Shown piece by piece: positions 28,382 to 43,500 of a stretch of 64,000 bases of DNA (positions within the stretch are counted from its first letter, which is position 1; every line of letters starts with the position of its first letter). Origin of the DNA: the human T2T-CHM13v2.0 reference genome, Homo sapiens; NCBI RefSeq assembly GCF_009914755.1, contig NC_060934.1, one strand, 5' to 3'. The position numbers were made by a program, and so were the translations under genes. The notes beneath the pieces were generated by a model. It was not told the origin of the DNA and made no database searches. It saw only the letters and a list, made by a program, of their open reading frames with translations.

Positions 28382-29870
28382 TGAGTTCTTATAGTCTTTT
28401 GTTGGAGTCTTTTCAGGTTTTTCTATATACAAAATTATGTCATCTGCAAAGTGGACAATTTGACTTCCTTTTGCAAGTCAATGTGGATGTCTGTTATTTT
28501 TTTCTCTTGCCAGATTACTGATTAGGACTTTCATGTTCAATAAGATTTGTGAAAGTGAATATTCCTGTTTAGTTCTAGGTCCTAGAGAAAAAGCTTTCAG
28601 CTTTTGTCTGTTCAGTATATTGTTAGCTTTGGGTTTGTCACATATGACCTTTATAATTTTGCAGAATGCTCTTTCTATGCCTAGTTTGTTGGGGGGGGGG
28701 GGGTTTAATATGAACAGATGTTGAATGTTTTCAATTGCTTCTTCTACATCTATTGACCTGGTTATATGGGTTTTGTCCTTCATTCTACTGAGGCAATTTA
28801 TTTAGTGTATTGATATGTGTAGGTGACCATCCTTGCATTTTTGGTACAAATTTCACTTGATTGTGGTGTATTACCTTTTGATGTGCTGTTGTATTTGGTT
28901 TGTTAGCATTTTATTAAGGATTGTTGCATCAATGTTTATTACAGATACTGGCCTGTAGTTTTTGTTGTTGTTTTTGGATCCTTGTCTGGTTTGGTTTTAG
29001 GGCCTCTCAGAATGAGTAAAGCGTTCCTTTCTCTTATGTGTTTTTGAAATAGTTTGAGGAGGATTGGTGTTCATTCTTTTTTTATAAACTTGGAAGAATT
29101 CAGCAGTTAATAGATCTGATCTTGTCTCTTTTTTTGCTGGGAGACATTTTATTACTGACTCAATCTCATTACTCATTGATTAGTTCAGTTTTTCTACTTC
29201 TGATTCAATCTGGATAGGTTGTGTGTTTATGGAAATTCAATCATTTCCTCTAGATTTTCCCCTTTGTTAACATTTATAATATTCTCTGATTATCTTTGGT
29301 ATTTCTGTGATATCAATTGTAATTTCTATTTTTTTATTTTGCTGATTTGGTTCTTATCTCTTTTCTTGGTCAGTCAAGCTGGCAGTTTATCAATATTGGT
29401 TATATTTTTGAATAATATACTTATCATTTCATTGATCCCTTGTATTTCTTTCTTTAGTCTCTCTTTAGTTCTTCTCGAATCTCTATTATTTCTTCCATTC
29501 TGCAAATTTTGGGTTTGGTGTGTTCACATTTTTTCACTTCCTTGAGGTGCATTGTTAGATTGTTGATTTGAAATCTTTCTGCTTTCTGATCTAGATGTCT
29601 ATTGCTATAGCCTATCTGTTCTTAATGCTTTTGCTGTATACTATAGATTTTGATATGTTGTGTTTTCTTTTTTATTTCTTTCAATACTTTAAAAAATGTC
29701 AATCTTAACTGTTAATTGACCCAATGGTCATTTGGGATGGTGTTATTTAATTTTCATGTATTCATATAGTTTCCAAAGTGTCTCTTGGTGTTGATTTTTA
29801 GTTGTATTTTAGGGTGGCTTGAGATATTTGCTACAGTTTTTTTAATTTTTTGTTGTTGTCATTTGTAGCC

Positions 29871-30166
29871 TTTTTTTTTTTTTTTTGAAATGGAGTCTTG
29901 TGTTGTCACCTAGGCTGGAGTGCAGTGGCATAATCTCAGCTCACTGCAACCTCCGCCGCCTGGGTTCAAGTGATTCTCCTGCCTCAGCCTCCTGAGTAGC
30001 TGGGACTACAGGCACATGCTACCATGTCCAGCTAATTTTTTGTATTTTTAAAGAGATTGGGTTTCACAGTGTTAGCCAGGATGGTCTCGATCTCCTGACC
30101 TTGTGATCCACCCACCTCGGCCTCCCAAAGTGCTGGGATTACAGGTGTGACCCACCACGCCCGGCC
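29871..30166 (-). mobile_element. AluS (Sc-like)
   Basis: Full Alu; TSD cat(t/c)tgtagcct. Confidence 0.9.
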
Positions 30167-30994
30167 CATCTGTAGCCTATTTTTTTAAATGTTGACATTT
30201 GTAGTCTGTTATGGAGAATGTGCTAATATAAAGAATGCTTATTCTGCTGTTGTTGGATAAAATGTTTTGTAAATGTCTATTAAAATCATTTGGCCTAAAT
30301 TCCAGTTTAAATCCAGTGTTTGTTTTTAGATTTACTGTTTCAATAATCTTTTTCATGCTGAGGTGGGGTATTGAAGTCTCCCACAATTGTTACATTGCAG
30401 TCTATAGTCTATCCCTCTCTTTAGCTGTAGTAATATATGCTTTATGAATCTGGGTATTCTGGTGTTTGGTTAATATATATATTTAGAATTGTTATATTCT
30501 GTTGCTGGATTGGTCACTTTATTATTATTTAATGAGTTTCTTTTTCTAATTTAAATTCTGGTTTATGTGATATAAGTATAGCTACTTCTGCTTATGTTTA
30601 GTTTCTCATTGCATGAAATATCTTTTTTCATGCTTTTACTTTCTTGTCTATATGTGTCTTAATAGGTGAAGTGCATTTCTTGTAGGCAGCCTGTAGTCAG
30701 ACCATGTTTTCTAAATTCATTCACACAGTCTATTATTTTAAGTGAATAATTTAATTCATTTACATTCAGGGTTGTCTTTGATATCTAAGATATTGTTTCT
30801 GTTATATTAATTATTTTATATATTCTTTGTTTCTTACTTTTTCTCTTATTTTGACATTGTTCTTTGTTAGTGTTTTGTTATGTTACCATAAGTCCTTGCT
30901 CTTCCTCATTTGTGTATCTGCTTTACCAATGGGTTTTTTACTTCTATGTGTTTTCATGGTTATCTTTTGGCTTCCAAGTTTAGAATTCATTTTA

Positions 30995-31908
30995 TAAATA
31001 ATTTTCATCTTAATTTCTTTGTTGACTTCATGGTCATTCATGTTATTTAAATATTATTTATTTGTATAGTTTCCAGAGTTTCCCTTGGTATTGATTTCTA
31101 GTTTTACTCCACTGTGGTCTGAGAAGATACCTAATCTAATTTCAGTATTTTAAAATTTGTTGAGACTTATTTTGTGGCCTAAAATGTGGTCTAATTTGGA
31201 TAATAATTCATGTGCTGATGAGAAGAATGTATATTCTGCAGTTGTTGAGTAGAATGTTCTATAAATGTTTGTTAAGTCATTTGGTCTAAAGTCAAATTTT
31301 AGTCCAATATTTGTTTGTTTATTTTCTGTCTAGATAATTTGTCTAATGCTCTGAATGGCATATTGAATTTCCCTAGCATTATTGTATTGCTGCTTATCTC
31401 TCTGTTTCTGACTAAATATTGCTTTTATAATTCTAGGTGATGCAGCATTTTATAAATATATATTTATAATTATCATAGCTTCTTGATGAACTGACCCCTT
31501 TATTATTATATAGTAACCCTTTAGCCCTTTTTTAACTGTTTTTGACTTAAAGTCTGATTTACCTGATATAAGTATAGCTTCTACTTTTTGAGTTTGGTTT
31601 CTATTTGCATGGAATATCTTTTTCTACTCCTTTACAGGCAACATGAGTTTCTTGTAAACAGCATATAGCTGGAAAATGTTTTAAAATTTATTAAGCCAGT
31701 CTATATATTTTAAATGAACATTTAATCCATTTACAATCAAGGTTTACATTGATATGTAAGGTTTTGTTCCTGTTATGTTATGAATTGTTTTCTAGTTATT
31801 TTATAAATTCTTTAAATTTTTCCTTTTCTTTGATTGTCATGGTGGCTTGGTGGAATTCTGTAGTAGAGTCCTTTGATTCATTTCTCTTCCTCCTTTGTGT
31901 GATTGCTT
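30995..31908 (-). mobile_element. L1 endonuclease/inter-ORF segment; 3'-side half of the L1 that resumes at 40558
   Basis: Antisense L1 ending ...gtgtgattgctt, which is contiguous with taccagtgag in the paralog at 5-25. Confidence 0.85.
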
Positions 31909-33519
31909 ATACACCTGAGCACAGATACACACATGTGCACAGGCACACACACTCATGCGTGAATACGCACACGCAGCAGGGCAGAGTCCATCAGCATGGG
32001 TGACTTGGGGCCTCAGCCCCTGCTGGTCTGCCCCTAATCATCAGGTCCCAGACCTCCCTACTGCAAGCTACAGCAGGAAGAATAGAAGTTGGTTCCCTAT
32101 AGGGTGCCCAGTAGAGTTCTCTCCAGCCTCCTGGGGTGCAGTGCAATGGAAGCATTCTATTGTTTCCAAGAGGGGCTCCAAGATCCTTTTGAACGCCCAT
32201 TTAAATGTATATGAAAGAAGCCCCAAGGACCCATCATCTTCCCTTTTTAATGAGTAAGAAGTGGCTGTTCACAGGGCATCTATTTTATGCCAAGCAGTGG
32301 GCTGGATCCTTGACATACACCACCACTTTTAATCCTCCTGACATTTCTGTAAAACGGATTATTTCTCCCATTTAACAGATTGGCAAACAGGGCAGCAAGG
32401 TGTTATAGCCACCCCAGGCACGTGCTTTCCATGACATCTTTCACTTCATTTTCATATGCCATTCAAGACAGTCCCCTACACTGGCCAAGAAACAGCACAG
32501 GGACTGTGGGCATCAACTTCAGTACCTTCTCCAAACAAGGTTCCCTGGTGGGAATGCTGTTCCTCTCCTTCCTGTGCGTCCCACCTACCTCATCTTCCAA
32601 GGCTCAAAATATGTTCACAAGGAGCCTTCTCAGACTCCCCCACCGCTCTCCCCCAGCCATTCACTGTCTGCTCCCCCACTGCGCCATTCACTGTCTGCTC
32701 CCCCAGCACTGTGTCTGCCGACCACTTCTCCCCTCTTCCTCCCTACTTTACTCTGTCACTCTGCCATTTCCACTATTGGTTGATGATTACAAGAATGCAC
32801 AGACTCTTTCTCTTTGCCCCTTGTGTCCCTCTGTAGCTACTCTGCACCCAGAAGTTGATATTACAGGAACGACCCCTCACTGACAGCCCCATCCTAGCTT
32901 GTCAAGAAACCTGATTTTCAGTAGATCTGAAGTAGTAAAGCATACATGTTTTTGCTATTTCTGTTTCCAATACCTGGAATTCAAAGAAACTAAGGTGTGG
33001 TGGAGATGTCTGTTCCATACAAAATACACAAGTAGAAGGGGACTCCGTCTCGAAGCCTCTCTTCTCCCTTCAAGAGAGGTGACCCCCAGGAGCACACTCC
33101 TCTTCCCCTAATTCCTTCAACTCTCTTATACCACCCAGGGCAGAAATAGGGCTGTAGGTTCCTCCTTTTCCCCTTCCAAGCCCACCTTCACTGCCATGCT
33201 AGCATCTTGGGATGTGGCCAATCAACGGAGTGTCTCTTCCTTACTTCAAATAAGGCCATTTCTCAATACAATGCAATCTTTTCCTTATCCAAGTCTTATG
33301 CCCACAATCCATAATATACACACCTCTAATCTTCTCTCTGTTCCTAATCTATATCAGGCTTCAGAGAGCTCTGCACCATGGCTGCTAAAATTTCTCATAC
33401 CGCTTGGGATGTTTGTTCATGGTCAGAAGAATTGAGTTGGGTGATAGTGTTTCTTTCAAATTTGGGGTCCAAACCGCTGGTGAGCTGGGGGTTTGAAAAC
33501 AAAGTATTCAGGTGCCAAT

Positions 33520-33725
33520 GACAGAGTGTAAAATTTAATGCTTTGACATCAGACAGGTGTGGGTTTGGATCCTAGCTCTACTGTGCAGTAGCTGTTCACC
33601 ACTGGTGAGTTTGCTTAGCCTTTTTAAGCCTCAATCTTCATGTCTGTAAAGTGAAATGATAGCACCAACCTCATAAGTTTGTTGTGAAAATTAAAATTAC
33701 ATGTTAAGAAGTTCTGGCATGTACT
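33520..33725 (+). mobile_element. MIR
   Basis: gggtttggatcctagctctact...agcctcaatcttcatgtctgtaaagtg...cctcataagtttgttgtgaaaattaaa. Confidence 0.75.
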
Positions 33726-34299
33726 AGACCCTATCCCTGCAAGGACTGAGCTGTATTTCAACAATCAGAGATTAGAATAAGATGGCACCAATGCCCAGCA
33801 GAAGATGGTCACAGATGAGATGAGCAGCAAATAACATTTGTGGACTGACTTTATCAGAACTCAACAGAAACTGGCCCTTTGGCCTGCAAAGGTCAGATAT
33901 CAGGTGAAAAATATATGGGTAATGAGTAAATATCATATCTAGGCATCAGGAAATCTCAGTTCTTAGCTCAGTGTCCCCATTCACAAGAAACAGAGCTCAG
34001 GGCTCCAGAAAAGCTGGTCAGGAAAAGTGGAAAATAAGATTTTCTGCTTTGCAAGCTTGTCTGGGACTGAGGTTGACCACTGTACAAGGTCATTTCTCAG
34101 TACAATGCAATCTTTATGACCTGGGGCCATTTTGTTTTAATGTTGCTTTATGAAATAGCCAAAATTCTTGAGCCAAGGACTGTGACCACTTTTAGAGTAT
34201 TCTACTTTTTAAATGGAACCAAAGCCCTTCACAGAAGCACTAGGGAGAGGAGTACCCATTGCTTCTTCCAGCATTTTTTCTTGTCATCTCTGCCTACCT

Positions 34300-34510
34300 A
34301 GTATTGTAGAAGGAGCACTGAATTAGGATCCCAGGGATTCAGCTCCAGATTTGCCATTTCTTCATGGCATTACATTACTGCATCTAATGTGTTGCTCATG
34401 GAGCTCACCTCTCTGGACTTCTATGTCCACTTCTGTTAAATGGGAATATTTACTTAGCTTCTATTATTGAGTAGTTAGGAGATCAGGAGGGTGAATGCTT
34501 TTTGCAAACT
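34300..34510 (+). mobile_element. MIR/MIR3 fragment
   Basis: agaaggagcactgaattagga...cacctctctggactt...ctgttaaatggga. Confidence 0.55.
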
Positions 34511-35689
34511 AAGAGACCTGTAACACACGCAACAAATTATAATAGTATTTCACATGGCTAATCCTGAAAAAACCAAGGAAAATAATAATGATGATAATTA
34601 TCCTTATTACCTGTCTATATACCAACGTATATATCTTCCTACAGTTCTTCCTCCTTTCTTATATACCCACCTACCTTTCTACATACTGAGCTAAAGAAGT
34701 CAACGAATGTTTCACACATTCAGTCGAGCTAATGAACACACAAACATCTGGTATTCAAAAGAAAACCATGCCCGTTAGTTTACAAACGTTGATAATGACA
34801 GGAGACAGGTAGAAATTATCTATTTACTAGAATTGTATGCATCTCTAAACACTTACTTACCATTTTTGAAATTAAGCTTAGAATTTCTTCATTACATAAT
34901 AATAAACATACCTTAATCATTTTAAACCCAATATAATGCATTAAAGTATTTCTGATAATTGAATACATTTTTGAGGGTTAATTCATATAACCAAAAAATG
35001 TTATGACTCTGTGAGACATTCCTCCAGTTATTCAAAGGCTTAAAAGTTTTAAGAAGTATACAATGGCTGAATCATGAGAAATAACCCTGAGAAACTATTG
35101 AAGAAATGCTAATGAAACACGAGAGGGGAGATCAAATAGATGCTGAAACCACAATGAACATCTAGGCCTATAAGGACTGAGAGAGAACACTGATAAAAGA
35201 GAAACTGGAAATGAATGGGAGTGAAACTGCGTAGAGGTGATCAAGTAAAAGTACCAGGTTCAAATAGTCAGCAGCTCATCATAATCAATGAGCGAGGACA
35301 TAAAGTAGGAAAAATGCATCACCATGGTGAGCAAGGAAAGCAAGTTATTGGAGGCACATGTTAACACATAAAATATAAAATTAATATGATCACACTGGAA
35401 AGGCTTGCCTGAGCCCACAGTTTGAATGCCTACAATAAGATGAGATGCACAACAAAAAGCAAGAGAACCTGATCAAGTGGGTGACCTGGCCATGGTGCTC
35501 TCATCAGTGGGGACCCAAATGCTTATGTGGACTCACCAGGTATCGAATTAGACATGAATAGGAGTGTTTGTTGTGATGGCAAGAAACTATATAATCAAAT
35601 GAATACAATGAAACTTTAAAAATAATTGTAAGATCTTTACACCAGCCAATGTCATGTTGCGTACTAGCTGTTTTTGTGACTTTTAATAA

Positions 35690-35950
35690 TAACACCTACT
35701 AGTTACTGAGTGTCATCATCACCAATGTCATGATTGCCACGATTTATTGAGTGCCTACTACATGCAGGCCCCAGGTCAGTGCTTTACACTCTTAACTGTC
35801 ATGTTGACAACAGCTCTGAATGACAGGAGCTCTGTTCAGTGTTTTACAAGTGAGAAAACTAAAGACACTAATAATTTTTAAAAATATATCCACAGTTCTA
35901 TGATTAGTAAGTAAGGGAGCTAGTACAGAAAGAGGTTTGTCTGACTTAAA
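35690..35950 (-). mobile_element. MIR
   Basis: atttattgagtgcctact...gtgctttaca...ttttacaagtgagaaaact...gtttgtctgact. Confidence 0.7.
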
Positions 35951-37044
35951 GTGATTTGTCATCTTTCTTTTCCACTCTCCTAATCATGATCTGTTCCCCC
36001 TCCTGGCCCAATAACTTAATGCTTGTAAACTGAGGTCCACCCATTTATGGAAAACTCTTTAGTCACAGAGTTCCCTAACACCCTCCTCTGTCCCTGTGAC
36101 AATGTATTGAAAATAACAGTTGAAGCCCCTCTAGAGGGTGGTCCAAGTTGACTAAATGGGTAGCAGTGAACAGCATTAAAAGGAAAAGAAATAAAATAAC
36201 ACACAGAAAATGTCATAGAGCAACATGCAGCAAAGATAGTTTTTATAAAAAGTGGTTTTTAATTACACATATGCCATATTTCACTGAATCACAGTCATCA
36301 TTTATTGGAAAATGCAAAACTTTATGTATCACCCAGAAAGAAAAAAATGCTGCCAATTAATGGCAAGATGTCATAATTTGTAAAACATATCCAAATTTCA
36401 GAGATGTTCAAATGTGGGGGGAAAATGTGTATGTGAGAATGATAAAATACATTGTATGCATATATGCACTGGGTCACTGCAATATGTATTTCCTACTGTG
36501 GATCATGGCCAACAGAGTTTGAAAACCTCCATTCTTTGAGGTAGAAAAGCTGACTGGAGTATCTACGTGGTGGTTGGAGCTGCCAAGGGCACCCAACCTG
36601 GTCAACAAATTAGTGTGCTCAGCCAGAGGCAGTCCTGGATGAATTCAGGCTGCAAAGTGCCCTGTGACCTGGCCCTTGGGAAGCCACGCTCTGATGAGGT
36701 TTGCAGATCTCCCCGCAATCCAGGGCCAAGCATGAATGAAGGTGTTAGGCATTTCAAGGATGCGACTAGGACGTGCTGCTGTCTCAGGTTCACATTATAC
36801 TGAAATAAGGTCCTGGCCAGACAGCACCATATAGTTAATTGAGGTGTTTGGGAGATACTCAAATGGGTGTTAATATTTCCCAGGCAATATTTTCAAGGCT
36901 CAGAGCCTCTATTCAAAAGATAACTGAAAGGCTAGCAAAGGGTATTGCAAAGGTATATTCTGATTTCTGACAGGAAGATCGATGGATGGACAGTGAGAGT
37001 ATAAAGACCTTAGGGTTTGGGGTTCTGATTTGGCCTTGGTCTGT

Positions 37045-37125
37045 TGAATGATTGATTCATTCATTCAACAAATATTTATACAACACCCACAGGGGGCAGG
37101 CATTGTGCTGACTGTGGAAGATCAC
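37045..37125 (-). mobile_element. L2 3' end fragment
   Basis: attcattcattcaacaaatattta...caggcattgtgct. Confidence 0.6.
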
Positions 37126-38029
37126 AGAGAGTGTGTCAGAGTGAAATTGACTTTGGAACTGTCTTTGGTGAGTCCACACCTTATTTATCCACTTCTGCTT
37201 TCTCCAGAGCTGCCTAGCCTGGTACGTAGGGGCCCTTTGCTGCAAGCTTAGGCCAGTGTCAGCTCCTGAGCCACTCCTGACTCAGTTGGAGGAGACTCAG
37301 TGTCCTCTGCCCCCTGCCTGGTGGAGCTTGGCAGCAAGTCCCAAGTTTTACAGTGTTGAGACCAAGTGGGCAGCCATCACCATTGAGGGGTGCCCTTTTG
37401 CTCCCCCTCGAGTCCAAGTTATAGTATTGCTTACTTCCTACCTGAAATAGTTTATGGGTCATGGGTCTGGCTTACATCAAGCCCCATAGCCAGTCTGGTT
37501 GCCCCACCTAAGGTCTTGGTGCTCTTTGATAATAGCCACAGCTAAATGTATTAGTCCTGTCCTAGGAAATGCATGATCTTCTCCCCAAAAATATATACAC
37601 TTACTATGTATACATATAAACTAAAAATAAAACATTGGAAAATTAAGAAAAATAAATGTATGATCTTTTTATATCTCAATCCTTTCCATAGACCTGTGTG
37701 ATAGAGCCTGTTAATATGCCCATCATGCAGATGAAAGCACTGAGACTTATTCCATTTCCTTCCAGTCCCTTTTGTACAGACCACACAACTGGTGCCAATG
37801 GCGTCGCTGCCTGACTTTAAACTGTCCTGCCACTAGGAACCCTCACTGTCCAGCTCCATAGTGCAACCAGAAGGAGGTGAGGTTTTGGCATCTTCAGGGA
37901 GTATCCTCAGTCTTCCTATGTTTTGGAATGAGTTCCATTTCGCTGCAAAAAGAGGAGCTTCTGGGATGATAAAATGAGGCATATCCTGCACCACTACATG
38001 TGTCCATACATGATCTGAGCAGGAAGAGC

Positions 38030-38135
38030 AGTGGACAAGGAGTCTGGAATGCTGGCTCAAGTTCTGAGTCAGCCACAGCCTGCTGTGTGACTCTGAGTGA
38101 GTCACTAAGCTTCCCTGGATTCAGTTTCCTCAACA
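38030..38135 (+). mobile_element. MIR core fragment
   Basis: gctgtgtgactctgagtgagtcactaagcttccctggattcagtttcctca. Confidence 0.6.
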
Positions 38136-38966
38136 GTCAAATTTCTATGGCCTTTTGGGCACCACCATGCATGAGAACACAAAGAGAGCATGATTACTCA
38201 GGGGTGTGTGCATGTGTGAGGTAGGTTTTTCTGTTTTGTTTTGTTTTGTTTACATTTTCAATCTGTTTAGCTTTCCTCACTGAGTCCTGTCCATAGCGAC
38301 GTGCTGGGCAGAGGAATAGAAATGTATATAAGCTGGGCTGAAAAATGGTGGTAGAGGAAAGGAGATTCTATGAAGGATCCAGGAAGCCACCCTAGGGAAG
38401 GGCTGTCTCCATGGAGAGAGGAAAAGGGTCAGGCTCATCCTTCTCTGTAGCAGAAATAGGCAGCCCAGCCTTAACCAGGCCTGATTTCAGCATCAAAGCA
38501 AGTTACTCTGTGGCCTAAAGAAGACTCCTTCTCCCATGGGGTCTATGTTGCCGCCATTCCTTTACTAGGAACAGAGTTTTTCTTTTTCTAAGGTAGGGAC
38601 TCAAGTGTAAGTGTCATGTATAGCAAGCCTTGCATGAAACATGCCTCCTGAATCCCACATTCTCTGAGGGGTGCTTCATGGAGCTTCCTGCTCTCCGCTG
38701 ATGAAACCTGGCTCTCACAGGCCAGCCAGGGGCAGCAGGGCTCAGCCTCAGCAATACCTACCAGGGACTCTAGAGATAACTGAAGTATCTGTTGAGAATC
38801 ACCCACTCCACACCCTAGAATGGGAAATACATGCAGGTTCCTATATAACTAACATTGACATGCATTTATACTGTAAACCCTGAACGCTGCTCAGTCGGGC
38901 CCTGTGAGGCCCTTGCAGTTTCTCTTCAGTAAGAATTGAATAAGAACTCTTAAAAGTGTGGCTGCT

Positions 38967-39288
<322 letters not shown>

Positions 39289-40557
39289 TTAGTTTGAGTT
39301 CTTCTTCTGGGCCCTGTATGTCCTTGGGTGTACCCCATGCCATCCCATGTAAGGTTGGCTGTCTAATCCAGGTGGATCAGGAGGTGCTTTGTGGTTTTAG
39401 CAGCAAAGAAATGACGTCTGGCAAGCAAACAATGATTAAACATGTTTCCATTTGTGACTTGTCTTTCGGTGAAATGCAAAAGGTGGCTGTGCATTCTTAA
39501 TTCAAAGAAAATCTCTTTAAAATCCCCTCATCCCTTCTTGTTCTTCTAAATAATCTATTCCTAGATATCTTGCACCCCGCAAACTCCCTCAGCCTCCATG
39601 GCAGCTTTTCTCTCTCCTCTCTCTCTTTCCCGTCTCTCCATCTCCTCACTTCAGCCTTTCCTCTTTCTTAGCTCTTTATTACGTAGAGAAAAACCTCTCC
39701 AACCTCTTTAGCATTCTCTCCATTGCATCCCTTACCTGAATTCTCCCCAAGAAAGAGCCCAAGATCTGACACAGCAATCAGAAATACTCCACCCTTAGAA
39801 GCCCAGGGGCGAAGGAGTTCAACACTTTGTCCCTGTTACAGTCACTTCCTTGCATCAGGACCCTTGTTACTATTTACAGACTATTTTCCACGTCTACTAA
39901 TGCAACTGCTCAAAGGGCACTTTAAGAATAATCATTATCCATTGATATTTTTTGGAGGCTTTTATTCCCTCCAATAAGTTCTGCCAAATACTGGCTGCTG
40001 GCTCTATTTGTTAAACAATGGAGGGTGTTGTTCTGCTTGTTTTTTTTTTTTGTTTGTTTGTTTGTTTTTCTTAATCTGAGCTTTCTGCCCACTCTTAGCA
40101 CGGGGCAAAGGGAAGATTTTTCTGCCACTTCTTTTGGTGAGAAGAGTCACTTTCTGATTAGGATTTGAGCTGAAAATAGGTCCCCCTTGGGGAAGAAACA
40201 TGAGTGCAGGGCGCTTCCTGTGTCACTCCCAAGGAGGCACCTCCTCAGGGCAGTTCCTCTTTGAGAATTTCATGGTCAGTAAGAAGTAGGCTCCCAGGGA
40301 CCCCAGAGTGGGGACCCTTTGACTGAAGTCACCCCAGTGGGTATAAGATAAACATAAGAGACGCTTCTCAGAGAAGATTTGGAAAGAAGTAAAAGAGTAA
40401 AAGGTTCACACGGACCATGGAGTTCTGGAAAAGGGCCCAGAAAGGGAAGCTGTGGCTAAGATGAGAAACTGCCTGATTACACTGACCCAGGAGAGGGGAT
40501 GAAATCTCTGGTCACGTATCTCAATAATGATTTTCCACATGCTACAAAGCTTGTGGG

Positions 40558-43500
40558 TTTACCAAATGAGTTTTATACTTTCCTGTGTTTTCCTGGTTGT
40601 AAAAGTTGTCCTTTTGCTTCCATGTTTAGGACTCAGTTGAGCAATTCTTGTAGGGCCAGTCTAGTGGTGACATATTTCTTCAGGATTTGCTTGTCTGGAA
40701 AATACTTTATTTCGACTTTATTTATGAAGTTTAGGCTTGCTGAATGTAGAATTCTTAGCTGACATTTTTTTCTTTCAGTATTTTGAAAATACTATCCCAT
40801 TCTTTTCTGCTGAGACAGGTTTCTGCTGAGAAGCCCACTGTTAGTCTGATGGGGTCTCCTTCATAGGTGACTAGGTGCACTTTTCTTTCTGATTTTATAA
40901 TCTTCACTTTCATATTGATTTTAGACAGTCAGATTATAATGTGCTATGGTGAAATCCTTTCTGCGTTCATTTGTTAGGGATCACTGAGCCTTCCATATCT
41001 GAATGTCTAAATCTCTTGCTGAATGTGGAAAGATTTTATCTTTTATTTTATTAAATAGGTTCTTTAGGCCTTTTGAATTCTCTTAACCCTTGAGAATACT
41101 GATAATTCATAAATTGGTTTGCCTTATGTAGTCCCAAATGTCTCAAAGAGTTTCACTTACTTTTAAACATTTATTTTGCAAAATTTTGTCTGGATTATTT
41201 CAAAGTTGTAGAATTTTTTCTTTTCCTTGGTATAGCCTATTTTTGAAGGTTTTAAATGCATTTTGTATTTCCTCCAATATTTTTTTTTCTTTCAGAATTT
41301 CTGTTTTTTCTTTTCTTTTCTTTTTTAAGATATCTATTTCCTTTCTCATTTGTACCTTGAATTGATTTTCTGACTTTCTTTTATTGGTTTTCAGATTTCT
41401 TCTGCATCTCACTAAGCTTCTTTAAAATTAATGTTTTGTATTTTTTAGGGGATGATGAATATGTTTATTATCATGATAGTGGTGTTGGTTTTATGGGTAT
41501 ACATATGTCAAATCTTAACCAAATTTTATACTATAAACATGTGCAGTTTATTGTATGGCAATTATACATCAAGATGTTAAAATAGGGCCACAAACTCTTT
41601 TCTGTTTCTCTCAGTAAGAGATGCATTATAATTCTCTTCCCACTGAGTCTGGGGTGGCCTTGGTGTATCGTTTGACCATTAGGATATAGCACATACTGGG
41701 ACTTCTGAACATAAGTCTTAGGCATTGCATCTGGCCAGACGAGGTGGCTTATGCCTGTAATCCCAGCACTTTGGGAGGCTGAGGCGGGCGGATCATGAGG
41801 TCAGGAGATGGAGACCATCCTGGTTAACATGGTGAAACCCCGTCTCTACTAAAAATACAAAACAAAAAAAAATTAGCTAGGCGTGGTGGTGGGTGCCTGT
41901 AGTCCCAGCTACTTGGGAGGCTGAGGCAAGAGAATAGTGTGAACCTGGGAGGCAGAGCTTGCAGTTAGCCCAGATTGCACCACTGCACTCCAGCCTGGGT
42001 GACAGAGCAAGACTCCATCTCAAAAAAAAGAAAAAAAATACAGGCATTGTGTTTTTGGCACAGCTGTCTGGGAACACTCTCTGAAAGCCCTGAGCTGCCA
42101 CATAAGAAGTCTGGCTACCTTGAGACTGTGATGCTAGAGAGGCCATGTGTAGATACTCCAGTTGAAGCTCCCAGCTGAGCCCAGCCTTCTCCATCAAAGT
42201 GCCAGATATGTGATTGACTAGCCCAGACCAGCCCAGATACCATCTAAATACCACAGGATAAGCTTTGTTACTATCACGTGGAAAAAATATATCTATTACC
42301 CCAATTGAGCCCTGTTTGAGTTTCTGACCTCTGGAATTGTGAGATATATTTAAAAACCTGTTGTTTAAAGCCATTAGAAAGTTTTGAGGAAGTTTATTAT
42401 GCAGCAGTAGATAACAAGAAATGAATTTGGCACAAGGAAGTTGAGAGTGCTTTTGCAGCAAAAATATGTGGCATTGACATTGGTACTGGGTAGTAGGCAG
42501 AAGCTGAAAGAGCCATGAAAAGACCGATGGTGAAAGGTTGGAGAACAATGAGGAAGATGTTATTAGAGCTGGAGAAAATATGACACATTATGTGGTTGTA
42601 AGAAGTTTTGTGAACCTGTTGACTTTATATCAATACTTTGGATTTTTTCTCTGATATTTTGAGGATTTATTTTTGGTTAAGATCTTCTGTTAAGGACATA
42701 TTATGTTCCTTTAGGGATGTCATATTTCCTTGCTTTCTTATGTTTCTTGTGTCTGTACATTGATTTCTGTGCATCTGATATGAAAGTCACTTTTTATTTT
42801 TGAATTTACTTTCTTTAAGGGTGAGGATTTTTTTCCTGAAGATGTGACTATAATGTTCGTTGGGTGGGGTTTGTTGGCTTTGCATTCAATCGTGAAGTCT
42901 GTGTGATTTCTTTGGCTGTGAATATCATTAGTGGCATCTGTGGTTTCCTCAGTGTGTTACAGTGTGGTTATTGCTAGAGACTACAGTGAAGTTGTGCTGG
43001 CTACACTGAAATGCTGTATGGTCCCATTTCTGGGTTTCAGTGGTAGCGCCGGTGAACTAAGCTTATCTATCCTTTTGCCCTAGGGTGACATATGCTGGCA
43101 CTTGTGTTGGTGACTCCAGGCAGGCCACCAGCAGGGTAGCTTACTCAGATGCCAGTTGTAGTTGTAGTGTACTGGGAGGGTGAATGGACTCTCAAACTTC
43201 TAGACAGCCATAGTGGCATGGGCAATGGAGGTAGCAGTGGTGATGAAATGCTCTTCCAAGTCTCAAGTAGTCTTCTGAGTCCCAATTGTGTTGGCAATGG
43301 TTGCAATGGGCTGTGTAGGCCAGTCTCTAGGCCAGTTGTTGGAACTTGCAGGTAAAAGCAATATAAGGTGGTAGCAGTAGGGTGTTTACACCCAACCTCA
43401 ATACCCCCAAAAGACAGACTTGGTTGTCCCAGTTGGTAGATTAGGTTGGGGAACCTCCCCACGACCCTGCATCTTGCATTTTATCTCAAGGAAATGATGA

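Noticed and set aside
32380-32883. 167-aa ORF containing a short tandem repeat (gccattcactgtctgctccccca x2)
   Set aside because: Non-ATG start, low-complexity C-rich sequence, no recognisable domain
41877-42548. Longest ORF (223 aa) and its paralog at 1442..1858
   Set aside because: Runs antisense through MLT1 and Alu sequence, and the frame is not preserved between the duplicated copies
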